A DNA stretch of 64,000 bases, taken from NCBI GenBank assembly GCA_035649875.1, contig DASRIR010000382.1, forward strand, positions 7,062-71,061, written 5' to 3'. Shown in pieces: positions 39,120 to 50,229 of this stretch. The translations under genes were made by a program, and so were the position numbers. The stretch is from Burkholderiales bacterium. GTDB taxonomy: Bacteria > Pseudomonadota > Gammaproteobacteria > Burkholderiales > SG8-39. The notes under the pieces were generated by a model. The model saw only the letters and a program-made list of their open reading frames with translations, made no database searches and was not told where the DNA came from. Numbering within the stretch: the stretch's first letter is position 1; each line of letters opens with the position of its first letter.

Positions 39120-40108
39120 GCGAGTAGCTGCTTGACGCTGTCTCGTTCCTCGTGAAGTTCCTTGAGCGTCGCGTCGATCTTCTTGCGGCTGAAGTCGCTG
39201 ATCTCGATGCCCTTGACGACCTGGTACTCGCCGCCGCGGCAGGTGACCGGGTAGCCAAAGATCACGCCTTCGGGGATGCCGTAGCTCCCGTCGGAAGGTA
39301 TGCCCATCGTGACCCAGTCGCCCTCCGCGCTGCCCGAGACCCAGTTGCGCACGTGGTCGATCGCCGCGTTCGCCGCGCTCGCCGCCGACGAGAGGCCGCG
39401 CGCGTCGATGACCGCCGCGCCGCGCTTCTGCACCGTCGGGATGAATGTGGAATCGAGCCAGCCCTGGTCGTTGATCGTCGGCCAGACCTTTTTCCCGTCC
39501 GCCTCGGCCTGGAAGACGTCCGGGTATTGCGTGGCGGAGTGGTTGCCCCACACCGTGACTTTTCGGATCGAGGTCACCGGCTTCGAAATCTTGTGCGCGA
39601 TCTGCGAAACAGCGCGGTTATGGTCAAGGCGCATCATGCCGGTGAACTGGCTCGGCTTCAGGCCGGGCGCGTTCTTCATCGCGATCAGGCAGTTGGTGTT
39701 CGCCGGGTTGCCGACCACCAGCACCTTCACGCTGCGCTTCGCGACGCGTTCGAGCGCCTTGCCTTGGGGCGCGAAGATCTTGCCGTTCGCCTCGAGCAGG
39801 TCCTTGCGTTCCATGCCCGGGCCGCGCGGCCGCGCGCCGACGAGCAGCGCCACGTCGACATCCTTGAACGCCACCATCGGGTCGGAAGCGGCGACCATGC
39901 CCTGGAGCAGCGGAAAGGCGCAGTCGTCGAGCTCCATCATCACGCCCTTCAGCGCCTTCTGCGCCTTCTCGTCCGGGATCTCGAGCATCTGCAGGATGAC
40001 CGGCTGGTCCTTGCCAAGCATGTCGCCGCTCGCGATGCGAAAAAGCAACGAGTAACCGATCTGGCCGGCGGCGCCGGTGACGGCTACGCGCACGGGAGGC
40101 TTCGACAT
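39116..40108 (-). CDS. mdh: malate dehydrogenase
   Basis: [39 protein letters not shown] is the classic LDH-unlike MDH N-terminus. 330 aa. Confidence 0.95.
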   Translation of the reverse strand: MSKPPVRVAVTGAAGQIGYSLLFRIASGDMLGKDQPVILQMLEIPDEKAQKALKGVMMELDDCAFPLLQGMVAASDPMVAFKDVDVALLVGARPRGPGMERKDLLEANGKIFAPQGKALERVAKRSVKVLVVGNPANTNCLIAMKNAPGLKPSQFTGMMRLDHNRAVSQIAHKISKPVTSIRKVTVWGNHSATQYPDVFQAEADGKKVWPTINDQGWLDSTFIPTVQKRGAAVIDARGLSSAASAANAAIDHVRNWVSGSAEGDWVTMGIPSDGSYGIPEGVIFGYPVTCRGGEYQVVKGIEISDFSRKKIDATLKELHEERDSVKQLLA

Positions 40109-40167
40109 TTGGGCTCCGATTGAAGCGGTGAGCGCAAATTCTAACGGACTGCGCCAAACTTGCGCTG

Positions 40168-41337
40168 TTGAGAACCCAGGTTGCGATCATTGGCGCCGGC
40201 CCGGCGGGCATGCTGCTCTCGGAGCTCTTGCATCGCCAGGGCGTGGCGAGCGCGGTGCTCGAAAGGCAGAGCCGCGATTACGTGCTTTCGCGCATCCGCG
40301 CGGGCGTGCTCGAGCCCACCACCGTGCAGGTGCTGCGCGAGAGCGGCCTGGCCGCGCGCATGGACCGCGAAGGCCATGTGCACGACGGCATGAAGATCGT
40401 CTGGGCCGGGCGCGAGAGCTACTTCATCGACATCCGCAAGCACGTCGGCAAGCGCTTCGTCGCGTACGGGCAGACCAACCTGCAGGAGGATCTCTACGCG
40501 GCCGCCGACCGCCGGGGCGCGCCGCTCGTCTTCGAGGCGTCCGCGGTCCAGCCGAGCGATTTCGAAACCGACCGGCCGTGGGTGAGTTTTGCCGTCCAGG
40601 GCGAAAAGCAGCGCCTGGATTGCGAATTCATCGCCGGCTGCGATGGATTCCACGGCGTATCGCGCAAGAGCATTCCGCCCGGGGTGCTGCACGAATACGA
40701 GAAGGTATATCCCTTCGGCTGGCTCGGGATCCTGTCCGAGACCCCTCCGTTGCCCGATATCACGTATTGCAACCATCCGCGCGGCTTTGCGCTCGCTTCG
40801 ATGCGCAATCCCCAGCTCAGCCGCTACTACATCCAGGTTGCGCACGGCACCGACCTCGAGGAATGGCCCGACGAGCGTTTCTGGCAGGAGATCAAGGCGC
40901 GCTTTCCGCGCGAGCTCGCGGACGCGATCGTCACCGGCCCGTCGATCGAAAAGTCGATCGCGCCGCTTCGCAGCTACGTGGCCGAGCCGATGCAGCACGG
41001 CCGGCTTTTCCTCGCCGGCGACGCCGCCCATATCGTGCCGCCGACCGGCGCCAAGGGCCTGAACCTCGCGGTGTCGGACGTTTACTACCTGGCTCGCGCG
41101 CTCGGCGCGCATTACCGGGACGGCAGCGACGAGCTGCTCGCGCGCTACACGGAAACGGCGCTGCGCCGCGTCTGGAGCTCGGTGCGCATCTCCTGGTACC
41201 TCACCAACCTTCTGCACCGTTTCCCGGGCGCGAGCGACTTCGACCAGCGCGCGCAGGAGTACGAGCTCGAGTACGTTCGCTCTTCGGACCACGCCCAGGC
41301 CGCGCTCGCCGAGCAGTACGCTGGGCTGCCGCTATAA
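40168..41337 (+). CDS. pobA: 4-hydroxybenzoate 3-monooxygenase
   Basis: TTG start. [41 protein letters not shown] and [22 protein letters not shown] are collinear with Pseudomonas PobA. 389 aa. Confidence 0.92.
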   Translation: MRTQVAIIGAGPAGMLLSELLHRQGVASAVLERQSRDYVLSRIRAGVLEPTTVQVLRESGLAARMDREGHVHDGMKIVWAGRESYFIDIRKHVGKRFVAYGQTNLQEDLYAAADRRGAPLVFEASAVQPSDFETDRPWVSFAVQGEKQRLDCEFIAGCDGFHGVSRKSIPPGVLHEYEKVYPFGWLGILSETPPLPDITYCNHPRGFALASMRNPQLSRYYIQVAHGTDLEEWPDERFWQEIKARFPRELADAIVTGPSIEKSIAPLRSYVAEPMQHGRLFLAGDAAHIVPPTGAKGLNLAVSDVYYLARALGAHYRDGSDELLARYTETALRRVWSSVRISWYLTNLLHRFPGASDFDQRAQEYELEYVRSSDHAQAALAEQYAGLPL

Positions 41338-41341
41338 TGTG

Positions 41342-41368
41342 AGCGCCCGGAATTAGGGGCCGGGCGCT
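41342..41368 (+). promoter_or_regulatory. stem-loop between the pobA stop and the sdhC start (terminator-like or translation-initiation structure)
   Basis: AGCGCCCGG (41342-41350) pairs with CCGGGCGCT (41360-41368). The 9-nt loop AATTAGGGG carries the only SD-like purine run upstream of the sdhC ATG at 41372. Only three T residues follow. Confidence 0.5.
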
Positions 41369-41371
41369 TTC

Positions 41372-41779
41372 ATGGCGAGCGCGTCCGCGAAGAAAATCCG
41401 TCCAAAGTACCTCAGCCTGCCCGCGCTCCTCTTCGAGATCCGCCTGCCGGTTCCGGGCTGGGTGTCGATCCTGCACCGCATCTCCGGCGCGCTGCTCTTC
41501 TTCCCGTTCGTGGCCTGGGCGCTGTACCTGCTCGACACCAGCCTGCGCTCGGAGCAGGGTTTTCAGTACGTGCGCGCCGAATATCTGGATCTCCCGCTAG
41601 TCAAGCTCGGCATGCTGGTGTTCATCTGGTCGTACTGCCACCACTTCTGCGCCGGCATCCGCTTTCTGTTTCTCGACCTGGACAAGGGCGTGGACCTCAG
41701 GACGGCGCGCATCACGAGCTGGGTGGTGATCGTCGCCGGGCTCGTGCTTGCCGGCGTGCTCGGATCGAAGCTCCTGTGA
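41372..41779 (+). CDS. sdhC: succinate dehydrogenase cytochrome b556 subunit
   Basis: 135 aa, three TMs, SILHRISGALLF contains the haem-ligand His. First gene of sdhCDAB. Confidence 0.9.
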   Translation: MASASAKKIRPKYLSLPALLFEIRLPVPGWVSILHRISGALLFFPFVAWALYLLDTSLRSEQGFQYVRAEYLDLPLVKLGMLVFIWSYCHHFCAGIRFLFLDLDKGVDLRTARITSWVVIVAGLVLAGVLGSKLL

Positions 41780-42117
41780 AACGCCTGGTCGTCGGAGCGC
41801 ACTACGGCCTGCGCGACTGGCTCGCGCAGCGCGTGACCGCGGCCATCATGGCCGTGTACTCGGTGATCGTCGCGGCGATCGTGCTCAAGAACTCGCCGCT
41901 CACCTACGCGGTCTGGCGCGACCTTTTCGCGCAGGGCTGGATGCGCGTCGCCACGCTGCTCTTCGCCGCGAGCCTCGCCTGGCACGTCTGGGTCGGGGTG
42001 CGCGACATCATCATGGACTACGTCAAGCCCGACGGCCTGCGGCTGACGCTCGAGATCGTCACGCTGCTGGTGATTGCGGCGTACCTCGGCTGGACGGTTC
42101 AGATTCTCTGGCGCTGA
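41776..42117 (+). CDS. sdhD: succinate dehydrogenase hydrophobic membrane anchor subunit
   Basis: GTG start overlapping the sdhC stop (GTGA). 113 aa, three TMs, RVTAAIMAVY and WHVWVGVRDI motifs. Confidence 0.88.
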   Translation: MKRLVVGAHYGLRDWLAQRVTAAIMAVYSVIVAAIVLKNSPLTYAVWRDLFAQGWMRVATLLFAASLAWHVWVGVRDIIMDYVKPDGLRLTLEIVTLLVIAAYLGWTVQILWR

Positions 42118-43883
42118 TGCAAGTCCGCCGATTCGACGCAATCGTGGTGGGGGCTGGCGGCTCCGGGATGCGCGCAGCGCTGGAGCTCGCGCGCTCGAAC
42201 CTGAAAGTCGCTGTGCTGAGCAAGGTCTTTCCGACCCGGTCGCACACGGTCGCCGCGCAGGGCGGTATCGCGGCGCCGCTCGCCAACACGACCGAGGACA
42301 ACTGGCACTGGCACATGTACGACACGGTCAAGGGCGCGGACTACCTGGGCGACCAGGACGCGATCGAGTACATGTGCCGCCGCGCGATCGAGTGCGTGGT
42401 CGAGCTCGAGCACATGGGCATGCCCTTCGACCGGATCGAGAACGGCAGGATCTACCAGCGTCCCTTCGGCGGCCATACCCAGAACTACGGCAGCCCGAAG
42501 ATGGCGATGCGCGCCTGCGCCGCGGCGGACCGCACCGGCCACGCGATGCTGCACACGCTCTACCAGCAGAACGTGCGCGCCAACAGCCAGTTCTTCGTCG
42601 AGTGGATGGCGCTCGATCTCATCTTGGATCCCCAGGACGGCGCCTGCGTCGGCGTGGTGGCGCTGGAGATGGAGACCGGCGAGATCAGCATCCTCCAGGC
42701 GAAAGCCACTTTGCTCGCAACGGGCGGCGGCGGGCGGATCTACTGGGCGACGACCAACGCGTTCATCAACACCGGCGACGGCTTGGGCATGGTGGCGCGC
42801 GCCGGCCTGCCGCTCGAGGACATGGAGTTCTGGCAGTTCCATCCGACCGGGGTGGCGGGCGCCGGCGTGCTCATCACCGAGGGCGTGCGCGGCGAGGGCG
42901 GCTACCTCCTCAACAAGAACGGCGAGCGCTTCATGGAGCGCTACGCGCCCAACAACAAGGACCTCGCGAGCCGCGACGTGGTGTCGCGCGCGATGACCAC
43001 CGAGATCAAGGAGGGGCGCGGCTGCGGCCCCCACGGCGACTACCTCGAATTGAAGCTGTCGCACCTGAAGCCGGAAGACATCATCAAGCGGCTGCCCGGA
43101 ATCCGCGAGATCGCGATCAAGTTCGCCAACGTCGACCCGATCCGCGGGCACATCCCGGTCGTGCCGACCGTGCACTACCAGATGGGCGGGATCCCAACGA
43201 ACTACATGGGGCAGGTGGTGGTGCCGGAAGGCGCGAGCAAGGAGGCGATCGTTCCCGGCCTGTACGCCGCGGGCGAGTGCGCCTGCGTGTCGGTGCACGG
43301 CGCAAACCGGCTGGGCACCAATTCCCTGCTCGACTTGCTGGTATTCGGCAAGGCGTCGGGCGAGCAGGTGATCAAGGACATCCGCTCGCAACCGAGTCCG
43401 CATCGCGCGCTGCCCAAGGGCGCCGGCGATGCCACGCGGTCTCGGCTTGCCCGCTTGGACAACGCTAGCGGCGGGGAAAGGGTGGTCGACGTGCTGAACG
43501 ACCTGCGCCGCATCATGCAGGCGCATTGCGGGGTGTTCCGCTTCCCGGAGGATCTGGTTTCGGGCGTTCAGAAGGTGAAGGAGATCGCCGAGCGCTTGAA
43601 CCGCACCTTCATCCAGGACAAGTCCAAGGTCTTCAACACCGCAAGGGTCGAGGCGCTCGAGCTCGAGAACCTGGTCGAGACCGCGATGTCCACCGTCATC
43701 TCGGCCGAGGCGCGCAAAGAGAGCCGCGGCGCGCAGGCGCGCGCCGATTTTCCGGAGCGCGACGACAAGAACTGGATGAGGCACACGCTGTGGTACAAGG
43801 AGGGGAACCGCCTCGACTACAAGCCGGTGCACCAGAAGCCGCTGTCGGTCGAGACGATGGAGCCGAAGGTGAGAACCTACTAA
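42117..43883 (+). CDS. sdhA: succinate dehydrogenase flavoprotein subunit
   Basis: Trimmed to the ATG at 42117 (TGATG with the sdhD stop). FDAIVVGAGGSGMRAAL and RSHTVAAQGGI (FAD-linking His). 588 aa. Confidence 0.95.
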   Translation: MQVRRFDAIVVGAGGSGMRAALELARSNLKVAVLSKVFPTRSHTVAAQGGIAAPLANTTEDNWHWHMYDTVKGADYLGDQDAIEYMCRRAIECVVELEHMGMPFDRIENGRIYQRPFGGHTQNYGSPKMAMRACAAADRTGHAMLHTLYQQNVRANSQFFVEWMALDLILDPQDGACVGVVALEMETGEISILQAKATLLATGGGGRIYWATTNAFINTGDGLGMVARAGLPLEDMEFWQFHPTGVAGAGVLITEGVRGEGGYLLNKNGERFMERYAPNNKDLASRDVVSRAMTTEIKEGRGCGPHGDYLELKLSHLKPEDIIKRLPGIREIAIKFANVDPIRGHIPVVPTVHYQMGGIPTNYMGQVVVPEGASKEAIVPGLYAAGECACVSVHGANRLGTNSLLDLLVFGKASGEQVIKDIRSQPSPHRALPKGAGDATRSRLARLDNASGGERVVDVLNDLRRIMQAHCGVFRFPEDLVSGVQKVKEIAERLNRTFIQDKSKVFNTARVEALELENLVETAMSTVISAEARKESRGAQARADFPERDDKNWMRHTLWYKEGNRLDYKPVHQKPLSVETMEPKVRTY

Positions 43884-44579
43884 ATGAAACTGTCCATCTA
43901 CCGCTTCGACCCCGACAAGGACGAGAAACCCTACCTGAAGGACTACGACGTTCCCCTGGACGGAAACGACCGGATGCTGCTCGACGCCCTGGTGAAGGCG
44001 AAGGCGCAGGACGACTCGCTCGCCTTCCGGCGCTCGTGCCGCGAGGGCGTGTGCGGCTCGGACGCGATCAACATCAACGGCAAGAATGGCCTGGCGTGCA
44101 TCACCAAGATTGCCGAGCTGCCCGAGCACGTGACGCTGCGCCCGCTGCCCGGCCTGCCGGTGATCCGCGACCTGATCGTCGACATGACGCAGTTCTTCAA
44201 GCAGTACCACTCGATCAAGCCTTACGTGGTGAACAACGACCCGCCGCCCGAGCGCGAGCGGCTGCAGTCGCCGCAGGACCGCGACGAGCTGAACGGCCTC
44301 TACGAGTGCATCCTGTGCGCGTGCTGCTCGACCGCGTGCCCGTCGTTCTGGTGGAACCCGGACAAGTTCGTCGGCCCGGCGGGCCTGCTGCAGGCCTACC
44401 GCTTCATCGCCGACACGCGCGACCAGGCGACCGCCGAGCGCCTCGACAACCTCGAGGATCCGTATCGCCTGTTCCGCTGCCATACCATCATGAACTGCGT
44501 GGATGTCTGCCCGAAGGGGCTCAACCCGACGCGGGCAATCGGCAAGATCAAGGAAATCATGGTGAGGCGCGCGGTGTGA
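43884..44579 (+). CDS. sdhB: succinate dehydrogenase iron-sulfur subunit
   Basis: CREGVCGSDAININGKNGLAC, CILCACCSTACPS and CHTIMNCVDVCPK are the three Fe-S cluster motifs. Confidence 0.95.
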   Translation: MKLSIYRFDPDKDEKPYLKDYDVPLDGNDRMLLDALVKAKAQDDSLAFRRSCREGVCGSDAININGKNGLACITKIAELPEHVTLRPLPGLPVIRDLIVDMTQFFKQYHSIKPYVVNNDPPPERERLQSPQDRDELNGLYECILCACCSTACPSFWWNPDKFVGPAGLLQAYRFIADTRDQATAERLDNLEDPYRLFRCHTIMNCVDVCPKGLNPTRAIGKIKEIMVRRAV

Positions 44580-44806
44580 TGGATGCCACCGCGCGCAACC
44601 GGCTTTACTGGAAATGCCGCCGCGGCCTGCTGGAGCTCGATCTGGTTTTGCAGAGATTCATCCCAAACTTGAAGGATGAAGACGTGCAGCCGCTCCACGC
44701 ATTGCTTGAGCTCCCGGACAACGACCTCTGGGACATCATCGTCGGCCGCAGCGACGAGTACGACCACAGATTCGAGGAAACCGTGGCGCGCCTGCGCGCT
44801 GCTTAG
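44579..44806 (+). CDS. sdhE: FAD assembly factor SdhE (DUF339)
   Basis: 75 aa. ATG overlaps the sdhB stop. [17 protein letters not shown] contains the conserved RGxxE motif. Confidence 0.85.
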   Translation: MDATARNRLYWKCRRGLLELDLVLQRFIPNLKDEDVQPLHALLELPDNDLWDIIVGRSDEYDHRFEETVARLRAA

Positions 44807-44817
44807 AAGGCAGAGAT

Positions 44818-46110
<1,293 letters not shown>

Positions 46111-46116
46111 CGCCTC

Positions 46117-48945
46117 ATGTTGAAAGAATTCCTGAACAACTCCTACCTCTTCGGCGGCAACGCGCCGTTCATCGAGGAGCTGTACGAGAAGTACCTGGTG
46201 AACCCGCAGTCGATCCCGGAAGAGTGGCGCGACTACTTCGACCGCATGCAGGATCTGCCGGGCGCGAAGGAGAAGGACGTGGCGCACGCGCCGGTCGTGG
46301 AAAGCTTCGTTCAGCGAGCGAAGCGCGGCGAGTTCTCCGCGGCCCGGACCATGCCGGCGGAGCCGGTCACCCCCGAGCGCCTGCAGGTCGCGGCCTTGCT
46401 CCTGGTCACGGCCTACCGCATCGCGGGCTCGCGCTGGGCAACGGTCGACCCGCTGAAGCGCATGCCGCGGCCGAACATCCCGGAGCTCGAGCCGGCGTAC
46501 TACGACCTCAAGGAGGCCGACCTCGACCAGGTGGTGAACGCAGGATCGTTTGTCGGCCTGGAACGGGTTTCATTGAGAGTTCTTGTTCAAGCCCTTCGCG
46601 ACACGTACTGCCGCAACATCGGCTTCGAGTACATGTTCATCTCGGACCGGGCGCAACGCCAGTGGCTCCAGGAGCGCATCGAGCCGACGCGCGCCGCGCC
46701 GAAGGTCGCGCCCGAAGAGCAGAAGCGGCTGCTGCAGAAGCTCACCGAGGCCGAGCATCTCGAGCGCTACCTGCACACGCGCTACGTCGGCCAGAAGCGC
46801 TTCTCGCTCGAAGGGGGCGAAAGCCTGATCCCTTCGATCGACGAACTGATCCAGCGCGCGGGCGCGAACGGCGTGCAGGAGATCGTGATCGGCATGGCGC
46901 ACCGCGGGCGGCTCAATGTCCTGGTGAACGTGCTCGGCAAGATGCCGAAGGACCTGTTCCTCGAGTTCGAGGGCAAGAGCGCGCAGGAGCTGCCGTCGGG
47001 CGACGTGAAGTACCACAACGGCTACTCGTCCGACATCACCACCGCGGGCGGGCCGGTGCACCTGTCGCTCGCGTTCAACCCTTCGCACCTCGAGATCGTC
47101 AATCCGGTGGTGGAGGGCTCGGTGCGCGCGCGCCAGCGCCGGCGCGAGGACAAGACCGGCGATCAGGTGCTGCCGATCCTGGTGCACGGCGACGCCGCGT
47201 TCGCCGGGCAGGGCGTGGTGATGGAGACGCTGAACCTTTCGGGCACGCGCGGCTACGGCACCGGGGGCACCGTCCACCTCATTGTCAACAACCAGATCGG
47301 CTTCACCACCTCCGACCCGCGCGATGCGCGCTCCACGATCTACTGCACCGATGTGGCGAAGATGGTCGAGGCGCCGATCTTCCACGTGAACGGCGACGAC
47401 CCCGAGGCGGTGCTCTTCGTCACGCGCCTGGCGATGGACTTCCGCCAGGCGTTCCACAAGGACGTGGTGATCGACATCGTGTGCTTCCGCAAGCTCGGCC
47501 ACAACGAGCAGGACGAGCCCGCGGTCACGCAGCCGCTGATGTACAAGAAGATCGCCCAGCACCCCGGTACGCGCAAGCTTTACGCCGAACGGTTGATCAC
47601 CCAGAAGGTGATCGGGGAGGGCGAGCCGGAAGCGATGATCAAGAAGTACCGCGACACGCTCGACGCCGGCCAGCAGTCGGTGAGCCCGGTGCTGTCGAAC
47701 TTCAAGTCCAAGTTCGCGGTGGATTGGGCGCCGTTCCTCGGCTCGAAGTGGACCGACGCGGCGGATACGAATGTCCCTTTGGAAGAGCTGAGGCGGCTCG
47801 CCGATCGGGCGACCGCGATTCCCGAAGGTTTCACCCTGCACCCTACCGTGGCGCGCGTGATCGAGGCGCGCAAGCAGATGGCCGCGGGCAAGCTGCCGGT
47901 CGACTGGGGCATGGCCGAGACGCTGGCTTACGCCTCGCTGCTCTCGAACGGCTACGACGTGCGGCTGTCGGGGCAGGACTCGGCGCGCGGCACCTTCGCG
48001 CACCGCCACGCCGTGCTGCACGACCAGGACCGCGAGCGCTGGGACCAGGGCAGCTACATCCCGCTGCAGAACATCGGCAAGGACCAGGGCGACTTCGTGG
48101 TCATCGATTCGGTGCTGTCGGAGGAAGCGGTGCTCGGCTTCGAGTACGGCTTCTCCACCGCCGAGCCGAACGCGCTGGTCATCTGGGAAGCCCAGTTCGG
48201 CGATTTCGCGAACGGCGCCCAGGTGGTGATGGACCAGTTCATCAGCTCGGGGGAGACCAAATGGGGGCGCGTGTGCGGGCTGGTGCAGTTGCTGCCGCAC
48301 GGCTATGAAGGGCAGGGCCCCGAGCATTCATCCGCCCGGTTGGAAAGATATTTGCAGCTGTGCGCCGAGCACAACATCCAGGTCTGCGTGCCGAGCAACG
48401 CGGCGCAGATCTTCCACCTCCTGCGCCGGCAGATGCTGCGTCCGTTCCGCAAGCCGCTGATCGTCATGACGCCGAAGTCGCTGCTGCGCAAGAAGGAAGC
48501 GGCTTCGGCGATCCAGGAGCTCGCGAACGGTCAGTTCCACACCGTGATCCCGGACACCACCACGGTCGACGAGAAAGGCGTGAAGCGCATCGTCGCCTGC
48601 TGCGGCAAGGTCTACTACGACCTGGTTTTCAAGCGCACAGAGCTTCAGAAAACCGATACCGCAATCATTCGCGTGGAGCAGCTCTATCCCTTCCCGCACA
48701 AGCAGTTCGAGGCGCAGATGAAGCGCTACCCGAACGCGACGGAAGTGGTGTGGTGCCAGGAGGAGCCGCAGAACCAGGGCGCGTGGTACCAGAGCGCGCA
48801 CTTCTTCCGCGAGAACATGCGCGACGATCAGAAGCTGTACTATGCCGGCCGTCCGGCGTCGGCTTCGCCGGCGGGCGGCTACATGGCTCGGCACAACGAA
48901 CGGCAGAAAGCACTCGTGGAGCAGGCCTTCGGTAAATACAAATAG
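46117..48945 (+). CDS. sucA: 2-oxoglutarate dehydrogenase E1 component
   Basis: 942 aa. NSYLFGGNAPFIEELYEKY N-terminus and GMAHRGRLNVL. Typical length. Confidence 0.95.
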   Translation: MLKEFLNNSYLFGGNAPFIEELYEKYLVNPQSIPEEWRDYFDRMQDLPGAKEKDVAHAPVVESFVQRAKRGEFSAARTMPAEPVTPERLQVAALLLVTAYRIAGSRWATVDPLKRMPRPNIPELEPAYYDLKEADLDQVVNAGSFVGLERVSLRVLVQALRDTYCRNIGFEYMFISDRAQRQWLQERIEPTRAAPKVAPEEQKRLLQKLTEAEHLERYLHTRYVGQKRFSLEGGESLIPSIDELIQRAGANGVQEIVIGMAHRGRLNVLVNVLGKMPKDLFLEFEGKSAQELPSGDVKYHNGYSSDITTAGGPVHLSLAFNPSHLEIVNPVVEGSVRARQRRREDKTGDQVLPILVHGDAAFAGQGVVMETLNLSGTRGYGTGGTVHLIVNNQIGFTTSDPRDARSTIYCTDVAKMVEAPIFHVNGDDPEAVLFVTRLAMDFRQAFHKDVVIDIVCFRKLGHNEQDEPAVTQPLMYKKIAQHPGTRKLYAERLITQKVIGEGEPEAMIKKYRDTLDAGQQSVSPVLSNFKSKFAVDWAPFLGSKWTDAADTNVPLEELRRLADRATAIPEGFTLHPTVARVIEARKQMAAGKLPVDWGMAETLAYASLLSNGYDVRLSGQDSARGTFAHRHAVLHDQDRERWDQGSYIPLQNIGKDQGDFVVIDSVLSEEAVLGFEYGFSTAEPNALVIWEAQFGDFANGAQVVMDQFISSGETKWGRVCGLVQLLPHGYEGQGPEHSSARLERYLQLCAEHNIQVCVPSNAAQIFHLLRRQMLRPFRKPLIVMTPKSLLRKKEAASAIQELANGQFHTVIPDTTTVDEKGVKRIVACCGKVYYDLVFKRTELQKTDTAIIRVEQLYPFPHKQFEAQMKRYPNATEVVWCQEEPQNQGAWYQSAHFFRENMRDDQKLYYAGRPASASPAGGYMARHNERQKALVEQAFGKYK

Positions 48946-48955
48946 CCGATAGATC

Positions 48956-48979
48956 CCGGCGAGTTACTCGCTGGTTTTT
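48956..48979 (+). terminator. intrinsic terminator/attenuator-like hairpin between sucA and sucB
   Basis: CCGGCGAG-TTA-CTCGCTGG forms an 8-bp stem (one G-U pair, tri-loop) followed directly by TTTTT (48975-48979). It lies 11 nt after the sucA stop. Confidence 0.55.
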
Positions 48980-49035
48980 CGACAACTCGGGAAAGGCTAA
49001 GCCGGAACCGGGGAAAAACTGAACGGGAGAAGCAG

Positions 49036-50229
49036 ATGATCGTGGAAGTGAAGGTGCCGCAGCTGTCGGAGTCGGTCGCCGAGGCGACGCTCCTCGACTG
49101 GCACAAGAAGGAAGGCGAGCGGGTCTCGCGCGACGAGAACCTGATCGACATCGAGACCGACAAGGTCGTGCTCGAGCTGCCGTCGCCCGCGGACGGGGTT
49201 TTGGTACGAATAGTCAAGAAAGCCAGAGAATCGGTGGGGTCCGGCGACGTGATCGCGCAGATCGATACCGAAGGCAAAGCGGCCGCGGCAGCGCCAGCGA
49301 AATCGGCCCCGGCGCCGGCGCCCGCTCCAGCAGCCCCGGCAGGAGCGCCAGTGATGCCGGCCGCCCAGAAGATCGCGGCGGAGAAGGGCATCGACACCGC
49401 GAAGATTCAGGGCACGGGGCGCGACGGCCGCGTCACCAAGGGGGATGTCCTCGAAGCAAGAACAACCCCCGCAAAGGCGCCGCTGCAGCAGCCGCCCCCG
49501 CCCGTGAACGTCGACCAGCTGCTCACCGGCCGACCCGAGCAGCGCGTGCCGATGTCGCGGCTGCGTCAGCGCGTGGCCGAGCGCCTGGTGCAGTCGCAGT
49601 CGACGGCGGCGATCCTCACCACGTTCAACGAAGTGAACATGGCGCCGGTGATCGAGATGCGCAAGCGCTACCAGGAGCGCTTCGAGAAGGAGCACGGCAC
49701 GCGCCTGGGCTTCATGTCGTTCTTCGTCAAGGCCGCGGTGCATGCGCTGAAGCGCTTTCCGGTGGTCAATGCCTCGATCGACGGCACCGACATCGTGTAC
49801 CACGGCTACTTCGACATCGGCGTCGCGGTGGGCAGCCCGCGCGGCTTGGTGGTGCCGATCCTGCGGGACGCCGACCGCATGAGCTTCGCCGAGATCGAGA
49901 AGAAGATCGGCGACTTCGGCAAGCGTGCGCAGGACGGCAAGCTGGCGATCGAGGAGCTTACCGGGGGCACGTTCTCGATCTCGAACGGCGGCGTGTTCGG
50001 CTCGATGCTCTCGACGCCGATCATCAACCCGCCGCAATCGGCGATCCTCGGCGTGCATGCGACCAAGGAGCGCGCGGTGGTGGAGAACGGGCAGATCGTG
50101 GCGCGGCCGATGAACTACCTCGCCCTGTCGTACGATCACCGCATCATCGACGGCCGCGAAGCGGTCCTGTTTCTCGTCGGCATCAAAGAGGCCCTGGAAG
50201 ATCCGGCCCGCCTGATCCTCGAGATATGA
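49036..50229 (+). CDS. sucB: dihydrolipoyllysine-residue succinyltransferase (E2o)
   Basis: Lipoyl domain ([13 protein letters not shown]), an Ala/Pro linker, E3-binding domain ([13 protein letters not shown]) and catalytic DHRIIDG. Confidence 0.95.
   Translation: MIVEVKVPQLSESVAEATLLDWHKKEGERVSRDENLIDIETDKVVLELPSPADGVLVRIVKKARESVGSGDVIAQIDTEGKAAAAAPAKSAPAPAPAPAAPAGAPVMPAAQKIAAEKGIDTAKIQGTGRDGRVTKGDVLEARTTPAKAPLQQPPPPVNVDQLLTGRPEQRVPMSRLRQRVAERLVQSQSTAAILTTFNEVNMAPVIEMRKRYQERFEKEHGTRLGFMSFFVKAAVHALKRFPVVNASIDGTDIVYHGYFDIGVAVGSPRGLVVPILRDADRMSFAEIEKKIGDFGKRAQDGKLAIEELTGGTFSISNGGVFGSMLSTPIINPPQSAILGVHATKERAVVENGQIVARPMNYLALSYDHRIIDGREAVLFLVGIKEALEDPARLILEI

Noticed and set aside
42099-44483. 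794-aa minus-strand ORF opposite sdhA/sdhB, and similar long ORFs at 4659..5996, 14820..16289, 27014..28672, 33188..35719, 33661..35418, 44803..46287, 46570..48327 and 52543..54708
   Set aside because: All lie antisense to or out of frame with strongly supported conserved genes. All translate to Arg/Ala/His/Asp-rich low-complexity sequence with no recognisable motifs. These are standard high-GC shadow ORFs.
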